DNA from: Leptospiraceae bacterium
GTDB lineage: Bacteria > Spirochaetota > Leptospiria > Turneriellales > Turneriellaceae
Length of the DNA stretch: 64,000 bases
Reading direction: 5' to 3'
Assembly: GCA_025055765.1 (NCBI GenBank)
Contig: JANWWS010000028.1
Coordinates: forward strand, 57,216 to 121,215
Under the pieces are notes generated by a model. It was not told the origin of the DNA. It saw only the letters and a program-made list of their open reading frames with translations, and did no database searches. This document shows positions 1 to 12,702 of this stretch, piece by piece (position 1 is the first letter of the stretch; each line of letters starts with the position of its first letter). A program made the position numbers and the translations under genes.

Positions 1-1237
1 AACGCCCCTCTGGTGAGTTTTTTAGGCTTTCCGGGATGGGTAGTCCTGCTTTTTCCATAAGCGCAACTGTTTTTTTAGCCCCTCCCAGAAGATCCACCCA
101 CCCGGAGGGGGGCAGCCAGGCAAAACCATAGCTCATGGCCCGATCTATGCTATGGATAAAATCTTCTTTGCTAGTTACCTCCCCAATCCTGTGGAAGGCA
201 TAGGAAATATAGCCCAAAAGAAAGCGGCGCACAAGTTCTGCTTCTTCCCCCTCCGCTGTGGTCAGGATTTCCATAGCTTTGTGGTATAGCCCGTTGTGGA
301 TATGTTCTTTCGCTTTCTCCACCCATTCTAACCGGTAGCTTGATGTGCCTACATATTTTAGCGTATGGGGATCAAGCTCTAGTAGGTTTTTCTCGCTATC
401 GCGCCTAAAAAAACCCCCCTTGGTTTTTTGCCCCAAGAGGCCCTCGTTGCGCATGGCTATGAGGTAGTCTGGCGGTTTTCTCAGATCAGGGTTCTCATCC
501 TTCGGGGCTTGGGAGATCGTTTCCATCATGGTGATATATGTATCAACCCCAAAGGCATCTATCATAGCAAGAGGGGGTAAGGCTCTTCCTGTGTAGCCTC
601 CTAAAAGATAGTCTATTTTTGCAGCCCCATGTTTTTGTGCCCACTGGGCTGCTCCATTTAAAAGCGGGAAGACAATCCGATACCCCGTAAAGCCGGGTCT
701 ATCATAGCTAACCAATGGTGCGCACAAAAGGTTTTTTTCACAAAAATGCAAGATATATGATCGTTTTTCTTGAGAAAACTTTTCGTGGAAGATAAGTTCT
801 AGAGCCCGAAATCTCGAGGGAGGGTTATAAAAGAGGGTGCCTAAGAAGTGTTGCTGAAAGTTTTCGGGAAATCCTTCGGCGATTTTATGAATGGAGAGAA
901 ATCGGGTGATTGTGGAGACAATACTCTGGCTGTGGCGAAGCTCATTTACCCTATTTAAGTATTCCCTTTTTATGAGAAGATCATCAGGCAAAGCTTCCAA
1001 GATCCAGTCACACTCGGGCAAGATAGCTGCAAGTTCCTCATAGGTCTTGGGGACGAGATGGTTGCGAAGAACCTCACTGCGGGCTTGCGAGATGGCAGCC
1101 TTTATCCCAGCGTTTGCTTTTTCTAGGTCTCTCGCAAAAAAATAGCAGGTAACGCCTGCTTGGGCAAAAAGACCCCCACATAGGGATCCCATCGTCCCAT
1201 TAGCGCCTAAAACGGCTATTTTTCGAATGGAGAGCAT
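1..1237 (-). CDS. 3-hydroxyacyl-CoA dehydrogenase family protein (C-terminus runs off the window start)
   Basis: Not in the supplied ORF track because no stop lies in the window. Reverse-strand frame from ATG at 1237-1235 stays open to nt 1. Hand translation starts MLSIRKIAVLGANGTMGSLCGGLFAQAG (Rossmann GxGxxG) and contains YDRPGFTGYRIVFPLL, resembling the D-x-PGF-x-x-NR motif of 3HCDH enzymes. Confidence 0.6.
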   Translation of the reverse strand, partial: MLSIRKIAVLGANGTMGSLCGGLFAQAGVTCYFFARDLEKANAGIKAAISQARSEVLRNHLVPKTYEELAAILPECDWILEALPDDLLIKREYLNRVNELRHSQSIVSTITRFLSIHKIAEGFPENFQQHFLGTLFYNPPSRFRALELIFHEKFSQEKRSYILHFCEKNLLCAPLVSYDRPGFTGYRIVFPLLNGAAQWAQKHGAAKIDYLLGGYTGRALPPLAMIDAFGVDTYITMMETISQAPKDENPDLRKPPDYLIAMRNEGLLGQKTKGGFFRRDSEKNLLELDPHTLKYVGTSSYRLEWVEKAKEHIHNGLYHKAMEILTTAEGEEAELVRRFLLGYISYAFHRIGEVTSKEDFIHSIDRAMSYGFAWLPPSGWVDLLGGAKKTVALMEKAGLPIPESLKNSPEGR

Positions 1238-1371
1238 AGAGGACTTACGGCAGCAATTCAATTCAAAACAACTTGACAAGCTGAAATGTTAGCGCACTCA
1301 GGGATTTTGCAAGTAACTTCCAGGGGGTTGGCTCGTATAAAAGCTAGGAAAACTCCAAAGAAGGAGGGCGT

Positions 1372-2298
1372 ATGAAAGAATATAGGAAAAAGTGGAGCTT
1401 AATTATAGCGACTATGATTTTGGGCCTTATGGTGCAGTGCAAAAAGGCCCAGGAGCAGGCAGCAGCGTATCATGGGGTCTTTACCTTCATCAAGGGTGAG
1501 GTTTTGCGTAATGGGGTAGGTGCGAAAACCGGAGACAAGGTCATGGCGGCAGACAAAATTGAAGTAAAAGAAAAGTCCGTGGCCGTCTTACAATTTGCCA
1601 CAGATGCGCAAGTGACTTTATCTGCGGGAACCACCATCACCCTAGATCAGTTGAATCGCAAGGGAGAGTCGCCCGAGATACATCTGATGCAAAATTCAGG
1701 TACCAGTTTCAGCAAAGTGTTGGCCAAGGGTTCCGATTACAAAGTAAGCACTCCCACTCTAGTGGCTGGTGTACGTGGAACCTCCTTTGCTCTTACCGTT
1801 GATCGGGCCAACCCAAAGAAGATTACGCTAAGGCTTCTTGAGGGTAAGCTGCAAGCCAGTCATACTCAAGATCCAGGTCAGGTGGTTATGCTAGAGGCAG
1901 GGCAGAAAATAGAGGCTGAAGGTACCCTTGGTTCAGCACAATCCCTGTCGGAAGAAGAAAAAAACACGCTGGAGCAGTTGAACCAAATAGCTATGCTTGA
2001 TGAAGCTGCTCTTCAAAAGGTAGGGGAAAGCACACCTGCTGTCCCGCCAGAAAAAGTGGAAGCCATAGAGAAAATTGCCGGTGAAACACCACAGGCAGAG
2101 GCTCAAAAACCGGTAAAGCTTACCTTAGAAGATCTAAAGAAAAAGTATGGCCGTTTGTCTCGGATAACCACGAAGGATGGAAAGGAATACATTGGAGCCT
2201 TTAAGCAACAAGAGAAGTTTATTATCATCAACACAGTAGATGGTATTGTGAAGCTTCCCGTAGAAAAAGTAGCCAAAATCTCACCTTTCCAAGGCTAG
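1372..2298 (+). CDS. FecR-domain lipoprotein
   Basis: Signal peptide with lipobox-like LGLMVQC. Central VAGVRGTSFAL segment is typical of FecR/PF04773-type domains. Good SD (AAGGAGGG) 3-4 nt upstream of the ATG. Confidence 0.55.
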   Translation: MKEYRKKWSLIIATMILGLMVQCKKAQEQAAAYHGVFTFIKGEVLRNGVGAKTGDKVMAADKIEVKEKSVAVLQFATDAQVTLSAGTTITLDQLNRKGESPEIHLMQNSGTSFSKVLAKGSDYKVSTPTLVAGVRGTSFALTVDRANPKKITLRLLEGKLQASHTQDPGQVVMLEAGQKIEAEGTLGSAQSLSEEEKNTLEQLNQIAMLDEAALQKVGESTPAVPPEKVEAIEKIAGETPQAEAQKPVKLTLEDLKKKYGRLSRITTKDGKEYIGAFKQQEKFIIINTVDGIVKLPVEKVAKISPFQG

Positions 2299-2299
2299 A

Positions 2300-2572
2300 A
2301 TGGATGAAGTAGCAGCGTTCCTAGGCTATCTGGCGGGAACGCTGACTACTATTTCTTTTTTTCCCCAGCTTCTTAAGGTTATCAAATTAAAGTCAGCGAA
2401 GGATATATCCTATCGGATGTTTGTGCTCTTTATCTTGGGCGTGCTTTTGTGGTTTATTTATGGTATACTTACAAATGCCTGGCCTGTCATTTTGACCAAC
2501 CTCATTACTTTTATTGTGGCAAGCTCTATCCTTGTATTAAAAATCCGCTACGACAGAGAAGATAGCAAGTAA
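2300..2572 (+). CDS. SemiSWEET / PQ-loop sugar transporter half-unit
   Basis: 90 aa with three predicted TM helices and the FPQ (PQ-loop) motif in TM1 (TISFFPQLLKVIK). Start lies 1 nt after the FecR stop. Confidence 0.75.
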   Translation: MDEVAAFLGYLAGTLTTISFFPQLLKVIKLKSAKDISYRMFVLFILGVLLWFIYGILTNAWPVILTNLITFIVASSILVLKIRYDREDSK

Positions 2573-2592
2573 AGCCCCCGTCTAAAGCAAGA

Positions 2593-3912
2593 TTAGTTTT
2601 GAGGCCTTTTTCTTGCGACGGGCAAGAGAAGGACAACGGCAGCAAGTACAGAAAGAGCGACTACACTTAGGGCTATCTTCCAGCCATAATGAGAGGAAAG
2701 GTATGCTAAGGCTGTGGCTTGGGCAGCTTTGCCCAAGTAGCCCCAAAGGCCAATAAATCCAGCGGCTGCTCCTACCGCCTTGGCGGAGCTAAAATCTAAG
2801 GCCGCTACTCCCAAAAGCATAACCGGGGGATAGATGAATAACCCAACGGTGCCAAAAAGTAAAATCTGTCCCCAAAGTTCCTTAGGGGGGGTGTATACAA
2901 GAATTAAGAAAGCGATTAATATCGGTAGAAGAGACAAAATACTAACAAGTCCTCGGCGGCCTCCAAGTTTATCTGAAGCAAACCCAATGAAAATTGTGCT
3001 TGGTATGGCAGCTATTTCGTAAAAAAAAGTAGTCCACCCCCCACGCGATAGAGTGGCACCGTGTTCCTGTACAAGATACGTAGGCCCCCAATCAAGCAAA
3101 CTATAGCGTATGACATAAACAAAAAAATTAGCAAGAGAAATAAGCCATACATATGGGTTTAGTAAAACCCGGTTTAAGAAGATTTCCCGAAAAGACAATT
3201 CCTCATGGGGAACTTGTTTTTCTGGATAGTCGTGGCGGTATTCCTCAATAGGTGGAAGGCCTAGGGATTCGGGTTTGTCTTTGAGTCGCGTAAATAGATA
3301 AAAGGCACTTATAGTGGCAAGTAAAGCGGGGATGTAAAAAGCAGAGCGAAAACCCAAGTGTTCCGCGCTATAGCCAGCTATGAGGCCAGCAAGTCCGCCA
3401 CCTACGTTATGAGCGATGTTCCAAATACCAAAAATTTTACCACGCTCACTCACACTAAACCAATGACCGAGGGTTCTTCCGCACGGGCCCCAACCTACTC
3501 CCTGTACAAACCCATTGAGGGTCCACAAAAAAAGATGTATGCCAAAGTGATTGGCTGTGCCAAAGAGAATATTAAGGACAGCAGTTAAAAGAAGTCCTGT
3601 AGGCATAAGCATGCCCGGGTTAGCACGGTCGGATAACCCCCCAAGTAGGAACTTACCTATACCATAAGCGAGCCCCGTGGCACTTAAAATAAGGCCCATC
3701 TCTTGTTGCGAATAGCCAAGAGTTTTCTGCATGGCAGGTACTGCGTTCGGTAGGTTCGTTCGTACAAGATAGTAGGCCGCATAGCCTACAAAAGTGGCCT
3801 CTAGCATTTGGAGGCGCAGCTTAGGGTAAATGCGGTCTATCTCTTCTTGACTGAGTCGTCGGGCCCTAGGTTTGCTTTGGTAGATTTGCTTTATTTTTTG
3901 CCAAAGCTGCAT
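2593..3912 (-). CDS. MFS organophosphate:Pi antiporter (GlpT/UhpC family)
   Basis: LSDRANP, PCGRTLGHWFSVSERGKIFGIWNIAHNVGGG and overall 12-TM layout closely resemble E. coli GlpT/UhpC signature regions. Start abuts the gyrB stop. Confidence 0.85.
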   Translation of the reverse strand: MQLWQKIKQIYQSKPRARRLSQEEIDRIYPKLRLQMLEATFVGYAAYYLVRTNLPNAVPAMQKTLGYSQQEMGLILSATGLAYGIGKFLLGGLSDRANPGMLMPTGLLLTAVLNILFGTANHFGIHLFLWTLNGFVQGVGWGPCGRTLGHWFSVSERGKIFGIWNIAHNVGGGLAGLIAGYSAEHLGFRSAFYIPALLATISAFYLFTRLKDKPESLGLPPIEEYRHDYPEKQVPHEELSFREIFLNRVLLNPYVWLISLANFFVYVIRYSLLDWGPTYLVQEHGATLSRGGWTTFFYEIAAIPSTIFIGFASDKLGGRRGLVSILSLLPILIAFLILVYTPPKELWGQILLFGTVGLFIYPPVMLLGVAALDFSSAKAVGAAAGFIGLWGYLGKAAQATALAYLSSHYGWKIALSVVALSVLAAVVLLLPVARKRPQN

Positions 3913-6315
<2,403 letters not shown>

Positions 6316-6323
<8 letters not shown>

Positions 6324-7242
6324 GCGGTTCAAAACGAGTATGCTCGAAGATGCGGTGGCAGCGCATTTGCACCTTTTGACGAGTAAGATTGTCAAGTCCT
6401 TTTGTACCGAAGTCCTCTACGCAAAAGCTAGCAACCGCAGCTCCCCAAATGACAGCTTGACGGATAATCTCCTCAGAGGGATCGCTGATTTTAGGTCCCA
6501 ACCTTGAAAAGAGGTAAGACACCACCCCACCAGCAAAACTGTCTCCCGCCCCCGTGGGGTCTTTGACATCTTCGGTAGGATAGGCTGCGGCTACAAAAGT
6601 AAATTTTCGAGAAATACAGACCACGCCATGCTCCCCTTTCTTAATTAAAACCATTTTTGGGCCTAGTTTTTGGATATGCCGACCGGCCTTTATGAGGGAA
6701 GCTTCTCCCGCAAGCTGCCTTACCTCCGCATCGTTTAAAAAAAGAGCATCTACACGGCGAATAACCTTTAGAAGTTCTTTTTTCTTTTGCTCTATCCAAA
6801 AATTCATGGAGTCAAGACCAACAAAAAGAGGCGACTCCATTTGTTTTAAAACTTTTAGCTGTATTTCAGGGTCAATGTTCCCTAAAAAAAGCACGGGGGC
6901 CTTTCTTTCTGCCAATGATAGTTCAGGGTTAAAAGTAGCAAAAACACCCAAACGTGTTTCATCCGTAAAAGCAGTGTTCATGTCAAACTCATAATGACCA
7001 CGCCAGCGAAAGGTTTCTCCCGTGGTTAACCTTATTCCTGCTATGTCTACTCCCCTTTTTTTCAAGTGGTCTAAGTATCTACGGGGAAAGTCTTGCCCCA
7101 CAACGGCTACAATGCGAACAAGAGATAATAAAGAAGCCGCAAGCGAAAAATGGCTGGCCGAACCTCCTAGAGCACCCAACCTCTTGCCAAAAGGAGTTTG
7201 GATGTCGTCTAAGGCCACCGAGCCCACTACCAAGATTTGCAT
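6316..7242 (-). CDS. PfkB-family carbohydrate/nucleoside kinase
   Basis: N-terminal GGSASHF region and C-terminal DPTGAGDSFAGG ribokinase-family signature. Confidence 0.8.
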
Positions 7243-7263
7243 AGCCCAGTGCCATAGGCCGAC

Positions 7264-7908
7264 TCACTCTGTCGATCTTTTGTCCCAAGCCAAAAGTTTG
7301 CGTAATTCTGCCTCCGGGTCATCTAATTTTTCAACCAAGATAACTGGTTCAAAACTAGTGGAGGTAAGAGAACTGATGGCTTGATAGTTTTGTTCTACCC
7401 ATGTATCGGGATGAAAATTCTGGTTGCGCTTTTGGATTTCCCTTAGACAGCCAAGGATATCAGCTCGGCTTACAAGTCTGCCGTATATTTGGGCAGGCAG
7501 TGGTTTTTGAAATATCTGGGGAAGAGCTCGTTCTTTAGAAAGGCAGTTGTAGCCTTGGCAAATGCTTTCTCCATAAAAAGAAAAATTTTGCGGGTTCGTG
7601 TACAAAGATATCTGGGGATGCGGGCTCCCCGTAGGATGCAAAAGACAGCCTGTTTTTTCTTCGGCAACAAAGCCTACAAAGGGGCAAACATAGATGTCTT
7701 TTCTTATGACATACTTTTGCAAAAAAGACTCTCCTTTTTCCCGAAAAGATACAATATTTTCTGGTTTTGAAATATCAAGCGATAGAAAGTTTTTTGTATT
7801 ATTTTCCAAATATTGATGAAGTTCCTGTGCCGAAAAAGCGAGGTTATAGATCCCGCAGCAGGCACTGCAGCTATGCGTTTCGTCGAAGCATACGTTAGTA
7901 GTGGTCAT
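7264..7908 (-). CDS. YkgJ-like cysteine-cluster (putative Zn/Fe-chelating) protein
   Basis: CSACCGIYN near the N-terminus, then YVCPFVGF...GCLLHP and CQGYNC, resembling the CxxCxxCC family (PF03692). Start shares one nucleotide with the upstream stop (TAATG). Confidence 0.45.
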   Translation of the reverse strand: MTTTNVCFDETHSCSACCGIYNLAFSAQELHQYLENNTKNFLSLDISKPENIVSFREKGESFLQKYVIRKDIYVCPFVGFVAEEKTGCLLHPTGSPHPQISLYTNPQNFSFYGESICQGYNCLSKERALPQIFQKPLPAQIYGRLVSRADILGCLREIQKRNQNFHPDTWVEQNYQAISSLTSTSFEPVILVEKLDDPEAELRKLLAWDKRSTE

Positions 7909-9557
7909 TATGGCAACCTAACCAAAAGTGGCTCCGAAGGGGGTGATTCATGGTCCAGGTAGAGACTTTCTTCTTGAAAGGCGTTGTCACACGCGGTTAC
8001 CCAAAAAAAGTAGGGGGTATTTCTCTGCAGGAGAGGGTAGTCATGGCTGAGATGTGGTCTTCGGCGGGCATAGAGCAAGTTTTGCATAATAATATCATTA
8101 TTTATGCGAAAGACAATACGGTTGGGACTTTTCTCGGAGCGATGATCTCGGTCGTTAATGGTTTTTGTATGCACACCGTAATCAGAGACCTCTACGTATG
8201 CATAACGTATAACACCCAAGGGTTCATACGGTCTTAGGCCATAGTAGATATGGTAACGGCCCCCATGCATGACATCTATCTCTTGATTGCGCCAAAAGCT
8301 TAAAACGACAAAGTTCTCCCCCACATCTTCTGCCATGAGTCCTCTGGGTCTTTCGGGAGGGGGATTAGGGTTGGCCACCACCTCTACTGCTTCTAAAGTG
8401 GGGCTAAGCCTTCCCATGGCATCAGGATAAAAATCTACGCGATATTGAAAGTAACGACCCCTGTAGGTAGTTTTATCCGACACCTTAACAAAAGGCAGGA
8501 TTTCTTCACTGAGCTGGGGATCAAATGGGGCATCGCTTGTCCGTAAGTACAAGTAAAGTTGGGTACCAGCTGGGCGTGTTGCTTGGTATCTTAACTCTCG
8601 TATTTCACTGGCCGAAAAGCCGATGTCATAAACTTTGCTTAGAAATTCTCCTCCTTTTTCTTGGGGAAAATGAGGTGATTTTATGGTGCCAGCGTAAAGC
8701 TGAGGCGAAAAATCAGGGGACAGCAGGTTTTTTGTAAAAATAAGCTCATCGATAGCCCCGCTAAAACCCTGGGCCAAAACCAGCTCACTTCTCTCAGCTT
8801 CGTGGTTTTTCATGTAGAGGGGGGAACCAGACATGGCGAGGCTTTGGGTCGTATAGACAATATCTTGTTCTTTGCCGTTGAGATAAAGAGCTAGACTTTT
8901 TGTAGCCTCATTATAAAGCAAAAGGATGGCATTAAACTCATAAATAGAGAGAGGGTCCTTACCTTTTAGCTCAAAAGAATAGCTTATGCCTTGGGAGCTA
9001 TGGAAAAGATTCCAGAGATAAGCCTTTACTAATTCCTTTTCTGCGTATACCCCCAGCCCATACTTCTGGCCGCCCAAATAACTCACCTTTTCCACGAGGG
9101 GAACTTTGGTGCGTAAGGTATTTGGCTTAACCAAAAAGAATAGGGAAAAGCCACCAACACTTGTTTTATCATAGAGAAAAAAAGATGGTGGAAGTTTCAT
9201 GCTTAGTTTATGGTGGCCAAAGCGGAAGACAGCGGCATATCCTACGGCGCCAGGTAATTTTTCCCGTTCAAAAAGAGCGTGGACAAAAAGTTCTTTCCTC
9301 GAGTACGATTCAGGTGCTTCTTCAAAAGATAGGTATATTTCATCTGCAAGGGGATATTGAGGTTGACTTTGGTATCCCAGAGGCTTTAACTGAAGAACCT
9401 GTCTTTTTTTTTGCCCAGTAATTATTTCTACTTGGTGTAGGCGATGAGCATCAAAGGGGGTTCTGCCGCCCCATTGGAATTTTTGTATGGCGGAAAGAGA
9501 TGGTAAAATAAACAGTTTAAGGAGAAATAATGTCCAGCTTTTGTATCCTTTTTTCAT
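7908..9557 (-). CDS. secreted LamG-like + fibronectin-III-like domain protein
   Basis: Signal peptide from MKKGYKSWTLFLLKLFILPSLSA; the track ORF begins 5 codons earlier at 9572. ALYLNGKE...FSGAIDELIFTKNLL is a Laminin_G_3-type hallmark. The C-terminal PPERPRGL...VVLSFWRN...YHIYYG...FFWVTACDN is FN3-like. The 5' end overlaps the rpiB 3' end. Confidence 0.5.
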   Translation of the reverse strand: MKKGYKSWTLFLLKLFILPSLSAIQKFQWGGRTPFDAHRLHQVEIITGQKKRQVLQLKPLGYQSQPQYPLADEIYLSFEEAPESYSRKELFVHALFEREKLPGAVGYAAVFRFGHHKLSMKLPPSFFLYDKTSVGGFSLFFLVKPNTLRTKVPLVEKVSYLGGQKYGLGVYAEKELVKAYLWNLFHSSQGISYSFELKGKDPLSIYEFNAILLLYNEATKSLALYLNGKEQDIVYTTQSLAMSGSPLYMKNHEAERSELVLAQGFSGAIDELIFTKNLLSPDFSPQLYAGTIKSPHFPQEKGGEFLSKVYDIGFSASEIRELRYQATRPAGTQLYLYLRTSDAPFDPQLSEEILPFVKVSDKTTYRGRYFQYRVDFYPDAMGRLSPTLEAVEVVANPNPPPERPRGLMAEDVGENFVVLSFWRNQEIDVMHGGRYHIYYGLRPYEPLGVIRYAYVEVSDYGVHTKTINDRDHRSEKSPNRIVFRINNDIIMQNLLYARRRPHLSHDYPLLQRNTPYFFWVTACDNAFQEESLYLDHESPPSEPLLVRLP

Positions 9558-9954
9558 GTCTACCCCCGTCAAAGGGTGTTTTTAAAAAAATATCGATTAG
9601 CAAAAAGGCCTTCTCAACAGGTGTGGTTCTTCCCCCGAGAGCTAAGATGTTTGCGTTATTGTGGCGGCGGGCCATTTCTGCCGTGTGGGCGTCGTAGCAG
9701 AGAGCGGCCCGAATACCACGGAAGCGGTTACAGGCTATGGAAATCCCTATGCCTGTGCCACAGATGGCGATCCCCCGTTCAAAGTTGCCCGCAAGCAGGC
9801 TTTGGCATAGACTCTGGGCAATGTCAGGGTAATCCACCGAATCCGTACTATGTGTACCTAAATCTACCCATGTGATATTACCAAAATGTGCTTTTATAGC
9901 CTCCTTTAATTCAAAGCCACCATGATCTGAGGCAATCCCGACTTTTAATTCCAA
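9517..9954 (-). CDS. rpiB: ribose-5-phosphate isomerase B
   Basis: IASDHGGFELK, CGTGIGISIACNR and HNNANILALGGR are typical RpiB/LacAB family motifs. Confidence 0.9.
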   Translation of the reverse strand: MELKVGIASDHGGFELKEAIKAHFGNITWVDLGTHSTDSVDYPDIAQSLCQSLLAGNFERGIAICGTGIGISIACNRFRGIRAALCYDAHTAEMARRHNNANILALGGRTTPVEKAFLLIDIFLKTPFDGGRHEKRIQKLDIISP

Positions 9955-10064
9955 GAAAATCCCCCTGTATTGGCTTATCGTTAAATGCAGATAGAGCTAT
10001 AGATAACTTCGCAAAAAATCTGCTTGCAGAAAAGCAAAAATCTTTTGAATTAAGCCGGTTTTGC

Positions 10065-11519
10065 ATGTGGCGACACTGGCGCTTTTTCTATGTGGTTGAG
10101 CTAAGTTTCATGCCTCTCTGGGCCGAGAGCAGTGACGAATTAAACCGGGCAGGTATAAAGCTTTCTGGGCAGGGACGATTTCAAGAAGCCGCCGAGCGCT
10201 TTAAGGAAGCGATTGCCCTTGATGAAAAAAAAAGTGGCCTCAGTTGGCATAACCTTGGCTATACATACGAACTCATGGGCAAAAAAGAAGAAGCCAAGAA
10301 ATGCTATGAGGCGGCCATTGAGCGTAATCCCTCTATTTTAGAAAGTCGGGTAAACCTAGGTCGGCTTGCCTACGAAATGGGACTTTATGCGGAGGCTGTG
10401 CGCCATGGAGAGGCCGCTCTTCAGCTTGATCCCAATAATGCAGAGGTCCAGCGTTATCTGCCGCTTGCTCGAGAGCAGCTTAAAAAGCAGGGCGAAAAAG
10501 CTCCTGTCATTGTGGAAGACAAGGTTCTGCCAGGAGAGGAAGTTTTCTACGAAGTAGGCAGCTCAGCCCTCTTTGCCTTTAGTTACAACAAAGAAAACGA
10601 TGCTTTTGCCCTCTACCGGCAGGCTGGCTTTGCCACCATTCCCTATGACCTTCATGCGGAGCTAAGAGTGAGGCGTCGTTTCGGTTTTTCCTTAGAAATA
10701 AAAAATCCCTACCTTGGCATCCTCACACCAGGATTTTTGGCAGGACAACAGAATTTGGAATATTACTATATCTTTGGCAATTTTTATGCAGGGGTCGGAG
10801 CTCTCTTTACCCAACTTGACTTGGCCAAAGATTCAGGCTATGGGGTGCCATCTTTTATTGCGAACCGAGAATATCGCCATGTGGTGGATGGCAAGTTTGG
10901 CCTAGTTTTAGGTTGGCTTGGTGAGCAAGATAAAAGTCTTTTGTTGCGGGTCTATCCTCGCTATCTTTTCCGGGATCCCCAAGTAAATCCCAAAATAAAT
11001 GAATTTGACTTTGTGCGCATGGAACTTTTGTTGCGTAAGAGATTTCATCTTTTCTCTTCCGATAGTGCTGCCATTGCTACAAGAGGGCAGGATTTTTTCT
11101 TAAATGCTCGCTTAGATGAGATCTATATAACAGAATACCGATATAATAATGCAGGCCAACTGCAAGGTCACTATTTTGGCAGTTATCTGCTCGAAGCAGG
11201 TATGGAATTTACCACTGCCTCACCGATTCACCGCTGGGGTGTGAGCTTTGGCGAGCGGCTTTACTTTTGGGACCTCGCCGATGGCTCCCCTTTTGCTTTT
11301 GGCAATGGTCAGGGCTACTTTGGCTTTGACACAGAACTAGCCTTACAGGGAAACGCCTTTCCCGGTTTTCGGGGCAATTCCCATGTTGTGCAGATCTTTT
11401 TTCGCCAATTTTTAGGGGCTCGTATACGCCTTAAAGAAATCCTTGGTGTGGAAATCACTAACCCTGCGCAAAGCGTGCATTCTTTCTTTGTGCAGCTAGG
11501 CCTCAGCTCTCGGCTGTAA
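10065..11519 (+). CDS. TPR-repeat protein with aromatic-rich, possibly beta-barrel C-terminal half
   Basis: The N-terminal ~130 aa holds TPR repeats (AAERFKEAIALDE, AKKCYEAAIERNP, AVRHGEAALQLDPNN). The rest is rich in alternating aromatic/Gly residues. Confidence 0.5.
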   Translation: MWRHWRFFYVVELSFMPLWAESSDELNRAGIKLSGQGRFQEAAERFKEAIALDEKKSGLSWHNLGYTYELMGKKEEAKKCYEAAIERNPSILESRVNLGRLAYEMGLYAEAVRHGEAALQLDPNNAEVQRYLPLAREQLKKQGEKAPVIVEDKVLPGEEVFYEVGSSALFAFSYNKENDAFALYRQAGFATIPYDLHAELRVRRRFGFSLEIKNPYLGILTPGFLAGQQNLEYYYIFGNFYAGVGALFTQLDLAKDSGYGVPSFIANREYRHVVDGKFGLVLGWLGEQDKSLLLRVYPRYLFRDPQVNPKINEFDFVRMELLLRKRFHLFSSDSAAIATRGQDFFLNARLDEIYITEYRYNNAGQLQGHYFGSYLLEAGMEFTTASPIHRWGVSFGERLYFWDLADGSPFAFGNGQGYFGFDTELALQGNAFPGFRGNSHVVQIFFRQFLGARIRLKEILGVEITNPAQSVHSFFVQLGLSSRL

Positions 11520-12404
11520 ATGGCTCGCCTAGTTCTCTTTTGCTTTTTCCATCTGACCATTTTAGCGCAAGAGCGCATCTATGACTACCACTGGGAATCC
11601 TTCATGGCACAGGGCGAAGAGCATTTTGCCGCTCAGCGCTATGAAAATGCCTTTTATTACTTTGAGAAAGCTATCCGTTGGCTCTCAGCGGAGCGCAATT
11701 TGCAAAACCCTCGTTTAGCAGAACTTTACTATTTGGCCGGTGAAAGCCTGAGGCAATTAAAGCGTGATTACGATGCCCTTCCTTACTATGAGCAAAGCCT
11801 GAGGATAAAAAGAGATCAGCCGCCCATTTTGCTTATTCTTGGTAACTACCACTATCGTCTCAAAGATTTCTCAGAGGCAGCGAGCTACTTAAAAGAATAT
11901 TTAAAGCTCGTCCCTCACGACCGGGAAATTTCACTTAAATACAGCTATGCTCTGGCGCGTACGGAAAGAGTTGGTGAGGCACGTTTATACTTGAAGTCAC
12001 TTTCTTCCGGAGAGCAAAAAAATTGCGAAAATTTGGAGGATGTCTTTGAGGAGAAAAAATGTCTAGAAGACAATCTTTTGGCCAATCCAGCTCAAGCTGA
12101 AAATTTTCTACGTCTTATTCATTTTTATGAAGAGCAAAGAAACGACGCATTGCAGCTTGAGCTCTCTGACATGCTTTTTTACCTTTATGGTGATAAAAAG
12201 GAGTATGCTTTACCCCTTGTCTTTACCCTTTATCGCCAGGGTAAGGTTAAGAAGGCGCTTGAGTATTTAGAGTTGCTCTACGAGAGATTCCCTAAGGACA
12301 GAGATATCCTGATCCTGTTAGCAGATTTTCATGAAGAAATCATGCAAAAAGACAAGGCTCTCGACTACCGCCAAAAGGCTTCACTAGCTGAACATCGAAA
12401 ATAG
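11520..12404 (+). CDS. TPR-repeat protein
   Basis: Starts 1 nt after the upstream stop. Has a signal-like N-terminus and repeated TPR-like helices (ALPYYEQSLRIKRDQ, AASYLKEYLKLVPHD). Confidence 0.5.
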   Translation: MARLVLFCFFHLTILAQERIYDYHWESFMAQGEEHFAAQRYENAFYYFEKAIRWLSAERNLQNPRLAELYYLAGESLRQLKRDYDALPYYEQSLRIKRDQPPILLILGNYHYRLKDFSEAASYLKEYLKLVPHDREISLKYSYALARTERVGEARLYLKSLSSGEQKNCENLEDVFEEKKCLEDNLLANPAQAENFLRLIHFYEEQRNDALQLELSDMLFYLYGDKKEYALPLVFTLYRQGKVKKALEYLELLYERFPKDRDILILLADFHEEIMQKDKALDYRQKASLAEHRK

Positions 12405-12700
12405 CGACTGTCACTTTCAGGAAAAGTTAGGAGGTGGATAGCATAGGGTTCAATAATTAAGATTTCCCCACACTCAAGATCGACGATTTCTTCTTCCACC
12501 ACAGCCCGCAGCTTACCCGAAAGCAAAATAAGAACTTCATGCTCTTTGTGGGCATGGTAAGGTATGAGGTCACCAGCTAAGTTCTTATATTCAGCAAATT
12601 CCATTTTTAATTTCACTTTTTGGGCAAGAAATTGCCTAAAATCACTGGCATTTGGGAAGAGACAGGAAAGATGGCTTTTAAGATAGGGACTTTTGGCCAT
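12365..12700 (-). CDS. cupin-domain protein
   Basis: HAHKEHEVLILLSGKLRAVVEEEIVDLECGEILIIEPYAIH matches the cupin_2 two-motif pattern. Confidence 0.5.
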   Translation of the reverse strand: MAKSPYLKSHLSCLFPNASDFRQFLAQKVKLKMEFAEYKNLAGDLIPYHAHKEHEVLILLSGKLRAVVEEEIVDLECGEILIIEPYAIHLLTFPESDSRYFRCSASEAFWR

Positions 12701-12702
12701 GT

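Noticed and set aside
1273-1301. TTGACA upstream of the FecR-domain gene as a promoter -35 element
   Set aside because: No acceptable -10 hexamer lies at 16-18 nt spacing (ACTCAG, CACTCA or CTCAGG).
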